Positions 13,601-26,490 of a DNA stretch of 64,000 nucleotides are shown in pieces. The stretch comes from Squalus acanthias (Eukaryota). Made by a program: the position numbers and the translations under genes. Location: NCBI GenBank assembly GCA_030390025.1, contig CM059431.1, positions 156,056,001 through 156,120,000 of the forward strand, given 5' to 3'. Positions within the stretch are counted from its first letter, which is position 1, and every line of letters starts with the position of its first letter. Under the pieces are notes generated by a model. That model saw nothing but the letters and a program-made list of their open reading frames with translations. It ran no database searches and had not been told where the DNA came from.

Positions 13601-16600
13601 TTAGAGTGCCTTGAACTACACAGAGTGTTAGAGTACCCTGGGCTAAACAGAGTGTCCGAGTACCCTGGACTGTACAGAGTGTCAGAGTACCGTGGACTAA
13701 ACAGAGTGTCAGAGTACCCTGGACTATACAGAGTGTCAGAGTACCCTGGACTACACAGAGTGTCAGAGTACCCTGGACTACACAGAGTGTCAGAGTACCG
13801 TGGACTACACAGAGTGTCAGAGTACCTTGGACTACGGAGAGTGTCACAGTACCGTGGACTAAACAGAATGTCAGAGTACCCTGGACTACACAGAGTGCCA
13901 GAGTACCTTGGACTACACAGAGTGTCAGAGTACCGTGGACTACACAGAGTGTCAGAGTACCTTGGACTACGGAGAGTGTCAGAGAACCGTTGGCTACACA
14001 GAGTGACAGAGTAAACTGGGCTGCACAGAGTGTCAGAATATTCTGGACTAAACAAAGTTTCAGAGTACCCTGGGCTACACAGAGTGTCAATGAACCGCAG
14101 ACTACACAGAGTGTTAAAGTACCCTGGTCTACACTGAGTGTCAGAGTACCCTGGACTACACAGAGTGTCAGAGTACCCTGGACTACGCAGAGTGTCTGAG
14201 AATCTTGGAGTACGCAGAGTTTCAGAGTACCGTTTACTACAAAGAGTGTCAGCGGACAATGGACGACACAGAGTGACAGAGTACACTGGGCTGCACAGAG
14301 TGTCAGAATATCCTGGACTAAACAAAGTGTCAGAGTACCCTGGGCTACACAGAGTGTCAGAGAACCGCAGAATACACAGAGTGTTAAAGTACCCTGGTCT
14401 ACACAGAGTGTCAGAGTACCCTGGACGACACAGAGTGTCAGAGTACCCTGGACTACAGAGAGTGTCAGAGTACCCTGGACTACACAGAGTTTCAGAGTAC
14501 CCAGGACTACACAGAGTGTCAGAGTACCCTGGACTACGCAGAGTGTCAGACAACCTTGGAGTACGCAGAGTGTCAGAGAACCGTGGGCTACACAGAGTGA
14601 CAGAGTACACTGAGCTTCACAGATTGTTAGAGTATCCTGGACTACACAGAGTGTCAGAGTACCCTAGACTGCACAGAGTTTCAGAGTACCCTGGACTACA
14701 CAGAGTGTCAGAATACCGTGGGCTTCACAGAGTGACAGAGTAAACTGGGCTAAACAGAGTGTCGGAGTACCCTGGACTACACAGAGTGTCAGAGTACCGT
14801 GGACTACACAGAGTGTCAGAGTACCTTGGCTACGGAGAGTGCCAGAGTACCTTGGACGACACAGAGTGTCAGAGTACCGTGGACTACACAGAGTGTCAGA
14901 GTACCTTGGCTACGGAGAGTGTCAGAGAACCGTTGGCTACACAGAGTGACAGAGTACGCTGGGCTGCACAGAGTGTCAGAATATTCTGGACTAAACAAAG
15001 TGTCAGAGTACCCTGGGCTACACAGAGTGTCAGAGAACCGCAGACTACACAGAGTGTTAAAGTAACCTGGTCTACACTGTGTGTCAGAGAACCGTGGGCT
15101 ACACAGACTGTCAGAATACATTGGACTACACAGAGTGTCAGATTACCCTGGATTACACAGAGTGTCAGAGTACCCTGGACGACACAGAGTGTCAGAGTAC
15201 CCTGGACTACACAGAGTGTCAGAGTACGATGGACTACGCAGAGTGTCTCAGAATCTTGGAGTACGCAGAGTTTCAGAGAACCGTGGGCTACACAGAGTGA
15301 CAGAGTACACTGGGCTCCGCAGATTGTTAGAGTATCCTGGACTACACAGAGTGTCAGAGTACCCTAGACTGCACAGAGTGTCAGAGTACCCTGGAGTACA
15401 TGGAGAGTCAGAGTAACCTGGACTACGCAGAGTCTCAGAGAACCTTGGAGTACTCAGAGTGTCATAGAACCGTGGGCTACACGGAGTAACAGAGTACACT
15501 GGGCTCCACAGATTGTCAGAGTTCCTTGGACTAAACAGAGAGTCAGAGTACCGTGCACTACACAGAGTGTCAGGGTACCTAGGGCTACACAGAGTGTCAA
15601 ATTACCGTGGGCTATACAGAGTGACAGAGAACACTGCGCTACATAGAGTGTCAGAGTACCCTGGACTACACAGAGTGTCAGAGTACCTTGGACTTAACAG
15701 AGTGTCATAGTTCCCTGGACTACACAGAGTGGCAGAGTACCTTGGACTACACAGAGTGTCAGAGTACCTTGGACTACGCAGAGTTTCAGAGTACCGTTTA
15801 CTACAAAGAGTGTCAGAGGACCTTGGACTACACAGAGTGTCTGAGTACCGTGGTCTACACAGATTGACAGAGTACACTGGGCTACACAGAGTGTCAGAGT
15901 ACCCTGGACTACACAGAGTGTCAGAGTACCTTGACTACACAGAGTGTCAGAGTAACTTGGACTACACAGATTGTCAGAGTACCGTGGACTACACAGAGTG
16001 TCAGAGTACCTTGGACTACGCAGAGTGTCAGAGTACCGTGGGCTACACAGAGTGACAGAGTACACTGGGCTACACAGAGTGTCAGAGCACCCTGAAGTAC
16101 ACAGAGTGTCAGAGTACACTGGGCTAAACAGAGTGTCGGAGTACCCTGGACTACACAGAGTGTCAGAGTACCGTGTAAAACACAGAGTGTCCGAGTACCC
16201 TGGACTACACAGAGTGTCAGAGTACCTTGGTCTACACAGAATGTCAGATTCCCGTGGGCTACACAGAGTGACAGAGTACACTGGGCAACACAGAGTTTCA
16301 GAGTACCTTGGTCTACACAGAGTGTCAGAGTACCGTGGGCTACACAGAGTGATAGAGTAAACTGGGCTACACAGAGTGTCAGAGTAATCTGGACTACACA
16401 GAGTGTTTAGAGTGCCTTGAACTACACAGAGTGTTAGAGTACCCTGGGCTACACAGAGCGACAGAGTACACTGGGCTACACAGAGTGACAGAGTACACTG
16501 GGCTACGCAGAGTTTCAGAGTACCCTGGACTACACGGAGTGTCAGATTACCTTGGACTACACAGAGTGTCAGAGTACCGTGTACTACACAGAGTGTCACA

Positions 16601-19300
16601 GTACCTTGGACGACACAGAGTGCCGGAGTACCGTGGACTACACAGAGTGACAGAGTATATTGAGCTACACAGAGTGTCAGAGTACCCTGGACTACACAGA
16701 GTGTCAGGGTACCGTGGGCTACACAGATTGACAGAGTACATTGGACTACACAGAGTATCAGAGTACCCTGGTCTACACGGAGTGTAAGAGTTCCGTGTAC
16801 CACGCAGAGTGTCAGAGTACCTTGGACTACACAGAGTGTTTAGAGTGCCTTGAACTACACAGAGTGTTAGAGTACCCTGGGCTACACAGAGTGTTTAGAG
16901 TGCCTTGAACTACACAGAGTGTTAGAGTACCCTGGGCTACACAGAGTGACAGAGTACACTGGGCTACACAGAGTGACAGAGTATACTGGGCTACACAGAG
17001 TGTCAGAGTACCCTGGGTTACACAGAGTGTCAGAGTTCATTGAACTACAAAGAATGTCAGTGTAACCTGGCCTACACAGAGTGTCAGAGTAACCTGGACT
17101 ACACAGAGTGTCAGAGTAACCTGGACTACACAGAGTGTCAGAGCACCCTGAACTACACAGAGTGTCAGAGTACATTGGACTACACAGAGTGTCAGAGTAC
17201 CCAGTCTACACAGAGTGTCAGAGCACCCTGGATTACACAGAGTGTCAGAGTACCGTGGATTACACAGAGTTTCAGAGTACCTTGTACTAAACAGCGTGTC
17301 AGAGTCAACGTGACTACACAGAGTGTCAGAGTACCCTGGACTAAACAGTTTGTCAGAGTAAACTGGTCTACACGGAGTGTCAGAGTGCCGTGTACTACAC
17401 AGATTGTTAGATTACCGTGGGCGACACGGAGTGACAGAGTACACTGGGCTACACAGAGTGTCAGAGTTCCTTGGACTACACAGAGTGTCAGAGTACCTAG
17501 GACTACACAGAGTGTCAGAGAACCGTGGGCTACACAGAGTGACAGAGTACACTGTGCTCCACAGATTGTTAGAGTATCCTGGACTACACAGAGTGTCAGA
17601 GTACCCTAGACTGCACAGATTGTCAGAGTACCCTGGTGTACATTGGGTATCAGAGTACCCTGGACTACGCAGAGTGTCAGAGAACCTTGGAGTACGCAGA
17701 GTGTCAGAGAACCGTGGGCTACACCGATTAACAGAGTACACTGGGCTCCACAGATTGTCAGAGTTCCTTGGACTACACAGAGTGTCAGAGTACCTAGGAC
17801 TACACAGAGTGTCAAAGTACCGTGGGCTATACAGAGTGACAGAGTCCACTGCGCTACATAGAGTGTCAAAGTACCCTGGACTACACAGAGTCTCAGAGTA
17901 CCTTGGACTAAACAGAGTGTCATAGTTCCCTGGACTACACAGAGTGTCAGAGTACCTTGCACTACTCAGATTGTCAGAGTACCGTGGACTACACAGAGTG
18001 TCAGAGTACCTTGGACTACGCAGACTGTCAGAGTAACGTTTACTACAAAGAGTGTCAGAGGACCTTGGACTACACAGAGTGTCAGAGTACCGTGGGCTAC
18101 ACAGATTGACAGAGTACACTGGGCTCCACAGAGTGTCAGAGTACCCTGGACTACACAGAGTGTCAGAGTACCTTGACTACACAGAGAGTCAGAGTAACTT
18201 GTTCTACACAGATTGTCAGAGTACCGTGGACTACACAGAGTGTCAGAGTACCTTGGACTACGCAGAGTGTCAGAGTACCGTGGGCTACACAGAGTGACAG
18301 AGTACACTGGGCTATACAGGGTGTCAGAGTACCCTGAAATACACAGATTGCCAAAGTAACGTGTGCTACACAGAGTGACAGAGGACACTGGGCTACACAG
18401 AGTGTCGGAGTACCCGGGACTACACAGAGTGTCAGGGTACCGTGGACTAAACAGAGTGTCAGAGTACCCTGGACTACACAGAGTGTCAGAGTACCCTGGA
18501 CTACACAGTGAGTCAGAGTACCCTGGACTACACAGAGTGACAGAGTACCTTGGACTACACAGAGTGTCACAGTACCGTGGACTAAACAGAATGTCAGAGT
18601 ACCCTGGACTACACAGAGTGCCAGAGTACCTTGGACTACACAGAGTGTCAGAGTACCGTGGACTACACAGAGTGTCAGAGTACCTTGGACTACGGAGAGT
18701 GTCAGTGAACCGTTGGCTACACAGAGTGACAGAGTACACTGGGCTGCACAGAGTGTCAGAATATTCTGGACTAAACAAAGTGTCAGAGTACCCTGGGCTA
18801 CACAGAGTGTCAGAGAACCGCAGACTACACAGAGTGTTAAAGTACCCTGGTCTACACTGAGTGTCAGAGAACCGTGGGCTAAACAGATTGTCAGAATACA
18901 TTGGACTACACAGAGTGTCAGAGTACCCTGGACTACACAGAGTGTCAGAGTACCCTGGACTACACAGAGTGTCAGAGTACCCTGGACTACACAGAGTGTC
19001 AGAGTACCCTGGACTACACAGAGTGTCAGAGTACCCTGGACTACGCAGAGTGTCTGAGAATCTTCGAGTACGCAGAGTTTCAGAGAACCGTGGGCTACAC
19101 AGAGTGACAGAGTAAACTGGGCTCCACAGATTGTTAGAGTATCCTGGACTACACAGAGTGTCAGAGTACCCTAGACTGCACAGAGTGTCAGAGTACCCTG
19201 GAGTACATGGAGTGTCAGAGTACCCTGGACTACGCAGAGTGTCAGAGAACCTTGGAGTACGCAGAGTGTCAGAGAACCGTGGGCTACACAGAGTAACAGA
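10060..19300 (+). repeat. Dispersed ~1.8 kb duplication within the array: ~10060-11850 copied at ~17510-19300
   Basis: Identical ORF translations at 10157/17606 and 10194/17643 (offset 7449). The offset becomes 7451 (10912/18363, 11410/18861) after a 2-bp deletion near 10815 in the first copy. Confidence 0.88.
12460..16450 (+). repeat. Dispersed ~1.2 kb duplication: ~12460-13650 copied at ~15025-16450, with 242 bp extra in the second copy
   Basis: ORF pairs 12515/15079, 12684/15248 and 12949/15513 (offset 2564). The marker GTGTTTAGAGTGCCTTGAAC sits at 13597 and 16403 (offset 2806 = 2564+242). Confidence 0.85.
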
Positions 19301-20606
19301 GTACACTGGGCTCCACAGATTGTCAGAGTTCCTTGGACTAAACAGAGAGTCAGAGTACCGTGCACTACACAGAGTGTCAGGGTACCTAGGACTACACAGA
19401 GTGTCAAAGTACCGTGGGCTATACAGAGTTTCAGAGTACCGTTTACTACAAAGAGTATCAGAGGACCTTGGACTACACAGAGTGTCTGAGTACCTTGGAC
19501 TACACAGAGTGTCAGAGTACCTTGGACTACGCAGAGTTTCAGAGTACCGTTTACTACAAAGAGTGTCTGAGTACCTTGGACTATACAGAGTGTCAGAGTA
19601 GCCTGGACTGCACAGTGTGTCAGAGTACCCTGGACTACACTGAGTGTCAGAGTACCCTGGACTACACAGAGTGTCAGAGTACCGTGGTCAACACAGAGTG
19701 TCAGAGTACCTTGGACTAAGCAGATTGTCAGAGAACCGTGGGCTACACAGAGTGATAGAGTACACTGGGCTCCACAGATTCTCAGAGTTCCTTGGACTAA
19801 ACAGGGTGTCAGAGTACCGTGTACTACACAGAGTGTCAGAGTACCTTGGCTACACATAGTGTCAGAGTACCGTGGGCTACACAGAGTGTCAGAGTACCGT
19901 GGGCTACACAGAGTGAAAGAGTACACTGGGCTACACAGAGTGTAAGAGTACCGTGGTCTACACGGAGTGTCAGAGTACCTTGTGCTACACAGAATGACAG
20001 AGTAAACTGGGCTTCACAGAGTGTCTGTGTATCCTGAACTACACAGAGTGACAGAGTGCCCTTGGCTACACAGAGTGTCAGAGTATACTGGGCTACACAG
20101 AGTGTCAGAGTACCCAGGACTACACAGAGTGTCAGAGTACCGTGGTCGACAAAAAGTGTCAGAGTACCCTGGACTACACAGAGTGTCAGAGTACCCTGGA
20201 CTAAACAGAGTGTCAGAGTACCCTGGACTAAACAGAGTGTCAGAGTACCCTGGTTACACAGAGTGTCAGAGTACCTTCGATTACACAGACTGTCAGAGTA
20301 CCCTGGCTAAACAGAGTGTCAGAGTACCCTGGACCAGATAGATTGTCAGAGTACCCTGGACTACACAGATTGTCAGTGTAACCTGGACTACACAGACTGT
20401 CAGAGTAACCTGGACTATACAGTGTCAGAGTACCCTGGACTAAACAGAGTGTCAGAGTACCCTGGACTACACGGAGTGTCAGAGTACCCTGGACTACACA
20501 GAGGTTCAGTGTACCATGGACTACACGGAGTGCAAGAGTACCTTGGACTACACAGAGTGTCAGTGTACCGTGGACTACACAGAGTGTCAGAGTACCTTGG
20601 AATACG

Positions 20607-23600
20607 CAGAGTGTCAGAGATCCGTGGGCTAGACAGCGTGACAGAGTACACTGGGCTACACAGAGTGTCAGAGTACCCTGGACTACACAAAGTGTCACAG
20701 TACACTGGGCTACACAGAGTGTCAGAGTACCTTGGACTACGCAGAGTGTCAGAGTATCTTGGACTAAACAGCGTGTCAGAGTACCGTGGACTACACAGAG
20801 TGTCAGAGTACCCTGGGAACACAGAGTGACAGAGGACCCTGGACTACACAGAGTGTCAGAGTACCGTGGACTACACAGAGTGTCAGAGAACCTTGGACTA
20901 CACGAGTGTCAGAGTACCGTGGGCTACACAGAGTGTCAGAGTACCTTGATCTACACGCAGTGTCAGAGTACCTTGGGCTACACAGAGTGTCAGAGTACCT
21001 TGGTCTACACGCAGTGTCAGAGTAACTTGGACGACACAGAGTGTCAGAGTACCGTGAGCTACACAGAGTGACAGAGTACACTGAGCTACACAGAGTGTCA
21101 GAGTACCTTGGTCTACACGGAGTGTCAGAGTACCTTAGACTATACAGAGTGTCAGAGTAGCCTGGACTACACAGAGTGTCAGAGTACCTTGGGCAACACA
21201 GAGTGACAGAGTACACTGGGCAACACAGATTGTCAGAGTATCCTGGACTACACAGAGTGTCAGAGAACCGTAGACTACACAGAGTGTTAGAGTACCTGGT
21301 CTACACAGAGGATCAGAGTACCTTGGACTACACAGAGTGTCAGAGTACCTTGGACTACACTGAGTGTCAGAGTGCCTTGGACGACACAGAGGGTCACGTG
21401 TACCGTGGACTAAAGAGAGTGTGAGAGTACCCTGGACTTCACAGAGTGTCAGAGTACCGTGGGCGACACAGAATGAAAGATTACCCTGGACTACACGCAG
21501 TGTCAGAGTACCTTGGACTACACAGAGTGTCAGAGTACCGTGGACTAAACAGAGTGTCAGAGTACCCTGGACTACACAGAGTGTCAGAGATCCGTGGGCT
21601 ACACAGAGTGTCAGAGTACCTTGGACTAAACAGAGTGTTAGACTACCTTGGACTACACAGAGTGTCAGAGTACCGTGGGCTACACAGAGTGTCAGAGTAC
21701 CCTGGAGTACACAGAGTGTCAGAGTACCGTGGGCTGCACTGAGTGTCAGCGAACCTTGGTCTACACAGAGTGTCAGAATACCGTGAGCATCACAGAGAGA
21801 CAGAGTACACTGGGCTAAACAGAGTGTCGGAGTACCTGGACTACACAGAGTGTCAGAGTACCCTGGACTATACAGGGTGTCAGAGTACCCTGGACTACAC
21901 AGAGTGTCAGAGTACCGTGGACAACACAGAGTGTCAGAGAACATTGGACTACGCAGAGTGTCAGAGAACCGTGGGCTACACAGAGTGATAGAGTACACTG
22001 GGCTCCACAGATTCTCAGAGTTCCTTGGACTAAACAGAGTGTCAGAGTACCGTGTACTACACAGAGTGTCAGAGTACCTTGGCTACACAGAGTGTCAGAG
22101 TAGCCTGGACTACACAGAGTGTCAGAGTACCTTGGGCTACACAGAATGACAGAGTAAACAGGGCTTCACGGAGTGTCTGTGTACCATGGACTACACAGAG
22201 TGACAGAGTGCCCTTGGCTACACAGAGTGTCAGAGTATACTGGGCTACACAGTGGGTCAGTGTAACCTGGACTACACAGACTGTCAGAGTAACCTGGACT
22301 ATACAGAGTGTCAGAGTACTTTGGACTAAACAGAGTGTCAGAGTACCCTGGACTACACAGAGTGTCAGAGTACCCTGGAATACACAGTGGGTCAGTGTAC
22401 CCTGGACTACACGGAGTTTCAGAGTACCTTGGACTACACAGAGTGTCAGTGTACCGTGGAATACACAGAGTGTCAGAGTACCTTGGAATACGCAGAGTGT
22501 CAGAGATCCGTGGGCTAGACAGAGTGACAGAGTACACTGGGCTACACAGAGTGTCAGAGTACCCTGGACTACACAAAGTGTCACAGTACACTGGGCTACA
22601 CAGAGTGTCAGAGTACCTTGGACTAAACAGAGTGTTAGACTACCTTGGACTACACAGAGTGTCAGAGATCCGTGGGCTAGACAGCGTGACAGAGTACACT
22701 GGGCTACACAGAGTGTCAGAGTACCCTGGACTACACAAAGTGTCACAGTACACTGGGCTACACAGAGTGTCAGAGTACCTTGGACTACGCAGAGTGTCAG
22801 AGTATCTTGGACTAAACAGCGTGTCAGAGTACCGTGGACTACACAGAGTGTCAGAGTACCCTGGGAACACAGAGTGACAGAGGACCCTGGACTACACAGA
22901 GTGTCAGAGTACCGTGGACTACACAGAGTGTCAGAGAACCTTGGACTACACGAGTGTCAGAGTACCGTGGGCTACACAGAGTGTCAGAGTACCTTGATCT
23001 ACACGCAGTGTCAGAGTACCTTGGGCTACACAGAGTGTCAGAGTACCTTGGTCTACACGCAGTGTCAGAGTAACTTGGACGACACAGAGTGTCAGAGTAC
23101 CGTGAGCTACACAGAGTGACAGAGTACACTGAGCTACACAGAGTGTCAGAGTACCTTGGTCTACACGGAGTGTCAGAGTACCTTAGACTATACAGAGTGT
23201 CAGAGTAGCCTGGACTACACAGAGTGTCAGAGTACCTTGGGCAACACAGAGTGACAGAGTACACTGGGCAACACAGATTGTCAGAGTATCCTGGACTACA
23301 CAGAGTGTCAGAGAACCGTAGACTACACAGAGTGTTAGAGTACCTGGTCTACACAGAGGATCAGAGTACCTTGGACTACACAGAGTGTCAGAGTACCTTG
23401 GACTACACTGAGTGTCAGAGTGCCTTGGACGACACAGAGGGTCACGTGTACCGTGGACTAAAGAGAGTGTGAGAGTACCCTGGACTTCACAGAGTGTCAG
23501 AGTACCGTGGGCGACACAGAATGAAAGATTACCCTGGACTACACGCAGTGTCAGAGTACCTTGGACTACACAGAGTGTCAGAGTACCGTGGACTAAACAG

Positions 23601-26490
23601 AGTGTCAGAGTACCCTGGACTACACAGAGTGTCAGAGATCCGTGGGCTACACAGAGTGTCAGAGTACCTTGGACTAAACAGAGTGTTAGACTACCTTGGA
23701 CTACACAGAGTGTCAGAGTACCGTGGGCTACACAGAGTGTCAGAGTACCCTGGAGTACACAGAGTGTCAGAGTACCGTGGGCTGCACTGAGTGTCAGCGA
23801 ACCTTGGTCTACACAGAGTGTCAGAATACCGTGAGCATCACAGAGAGACAGAGTACACTGGGCTAAACAGAGTGTCGGAGTACCTGGACTACACAGAGTG
23901 TCAGAGTACCCTGGACTATACAGGGTGTCAGAGTACCCTGGACTACACAGAGTGTCAGAGTACCGTGGACAACACAGAGTGTCAGAGAACATTGGACTAC
24001 GCAGAGTGTCAGAGAACCGTGGGCTACACAGAGTGATAGAGTACACTGGGCTCCACAGATTCTCAGAGTTCCTTGGACTAAACAGAGTGTCAGAGTACCG
24101 TGTACTACACAGAGTGTCAGAGTACCTTGGCTACACAGAGTGTCAGAGTAGCCTGGACTACACAGAGTGTCAGAGTACCTTGGGCTACACAGAATGACAG
24201 AGTAAACAGGGCTTCACGGAGTGTCTGTGTACCATGGACTACACAGAGTGACAGAGTGCCCTTGGCTACACAGAGTGTCAGAGTATACTGGGCTACACAG
24301 TGGGTCAGTGTAACCTGGACTACACAGACTGTCAGAGTAACCTGGACTATACAGAGTGTCAGAGTACTTTGGACTAAACAGAGTGTCAGAGTACCCTGGA
24401 CTACACAGAGTGTCAGAGTACCCTGGAATACACAGTGGGTCAGTGTACCCTGGACTACACGGAGTTTCAGAGTACCTTGGACTACACAGAGTGTCAGTGT
24501 ACCGTGGAATACACAGAGTGTCAGAGTACCTTGGAATACGCAGAGTGTCAGAGATCCGTGGGCTAGACAGAGTGACAGAGTACACTGGGCTACACAGAGT
24601 GTCAGAGTACCCTGGACTACACAAAGTGTCACAGTACACTGGGCTACACAGAGTGTCAGAGTACCTTGGACTACGCAGAGTGTCAGAGTATCTTGGACTA
24701 AACAGCGTGTCAGAGTACCGTGGACTACACAGAGTGTCAGAGTACCCTGGGAACACAGAGTGACAGAGTACCCTGGACTACACAGAGTGTCAGAGTACCG
24801 TGGACTACACAGAGTGTCAGAGAACCTTGGACTACACGAGTGTCAGAGTACCGTGGGCTACACAGAGTGTCAGAGTACCTTGATCTACACGCAGTGTCAG
24901 AGTACCTTGGTCTACACGCAGTGTCAGAGTAACTTGGACGACACAGAGTGTCAGAGTACCGTGAGCTACACAGAGTGACAGAGTACACTGAGCTACACAG
25001 AGTGTCAGAGTACCTTGGTCTACACGGAGTGTCAGAGTACCTTAGACTATACAGAGTGTCAGAGTAGCCTGGACTACACAGAGTGTCAGAGTACCTTGGG
25101 CAACACAGAGTGACAGAGTACACTGGGCAACACAGATTGTCAGAGTATCCTGGACTACACAGAGTGTCAGAGAACCGTAGACTACACAGAGTGTTAGAGT
25201 ACCTGGTCTACACAGAGGATCAGAGTACCTTGGACTACACAGAGTGTCAGAGTACCTTGGACTACACTGAGTGTCAGAGTGCCTTGGACGACACAGAGGG
25301 TCACGTGTACCGTGGACTAAAGAGAGTGTGAGAGTACCCTGGACTTCACAGAGTGTCAGAGTACCGTGGGCGACACAGAATGAAAGATTACCCTGGACTA
25401 CACGCAGTGTCAGAGTACCTTGGACTACACAGAGTGTCAGAGTACCGTGGACTAAACAGAGTGTCAGAGTACCCTGGACTACACAGAGTGTCAGAGATCC
25501 GTGGGCTACACAGAGTGTCAGAGTACCTTGGACTAAACAGAGTGTTAGACTACCTTGGACTACACAGAGTGTCAGAGTACCGTGGGCTACACAGAGTGTC
25601 AGAGTACCCTGGAGTACACAGAGTGTCAGAGTACCGTGGGCTGCACTGAGTGTCAGCGAACCTTGGTCTACACAGAGTGTCAGAATACCGTGAGCATCAC
25701 AGAGAGACAGAGTACACTGGGCTAAACAGAGTGTCGGAGTACCTGGACTACACAGAGTGTCAGAGTACCCTGGACTATACAGGGTGTCAGAGTACCCTGG
25801 ACTACACAGAGTGTCAGAGTACCGTGGACAACACAGAGTGTCAGAGAACCTTGGACTACGCAGAGTGTCAGAGAACCGTGGGCTACACAGAGTGATAGAG
25901 TACACTGGGCTCCACAGATTCTCAGAGTTCCTTGGACTAAACAGAGTGTCAGAGTACCGTGTACTACACAGAGTGTCAGAGTACCTTGGCTACACAGAGT
26001 GTCAGAGTAGCCTGGACTACACAGAGTGTCAGAGTACCTTGGGCTACACAGAATGACAGAGTAAACAGGGCTTCACGGAGTGTCTGTGTACCATGGACTA
26101 CACAGAGTGACAGAGTGCCCTTGGCTACACAGAGTGTCAGAGTATACTGGGCTACACAGTGGGTCAGTGTAACCTGGACTACACAGACTGTCAGAGTAAC
26201 CTGGACTATACAGAGTGTCAGAGTACTTTGGACTAAACAGAGTGTCAGAGTACCCTGGACTACACAGAGTGTCAGAGTACCCTGGAATACACAGTGGGTC
26301 AGTGTACCCTGGACTACACGGAGTTTCAGAGTACCTTGGACTACACAGAGTGTCAGTGTACCGTGGAATACACAGAGTGTCAGAGTACCTTGGAATACGC
26401 AGAGTGTCAGAGATCCGTGGGCTAGACAGAGTGACAGAGTACACTGGGCTACACAGAGTGTCAGAGTACCCTGGACTACACAAAGTGTCA
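20607..26490 (+). repeat. Higher-order repeat, about 3 near-identical tandem copies, period 2048 bp then 1859 bp (76 and 69 monomers)
   Basis: Identical ORF sets at 21176/23224/25083, 21364/23412/25271 and 21743/23791/25650. The periods differ by 189 bp, which is 7 monomers. Confidence 0.95.
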
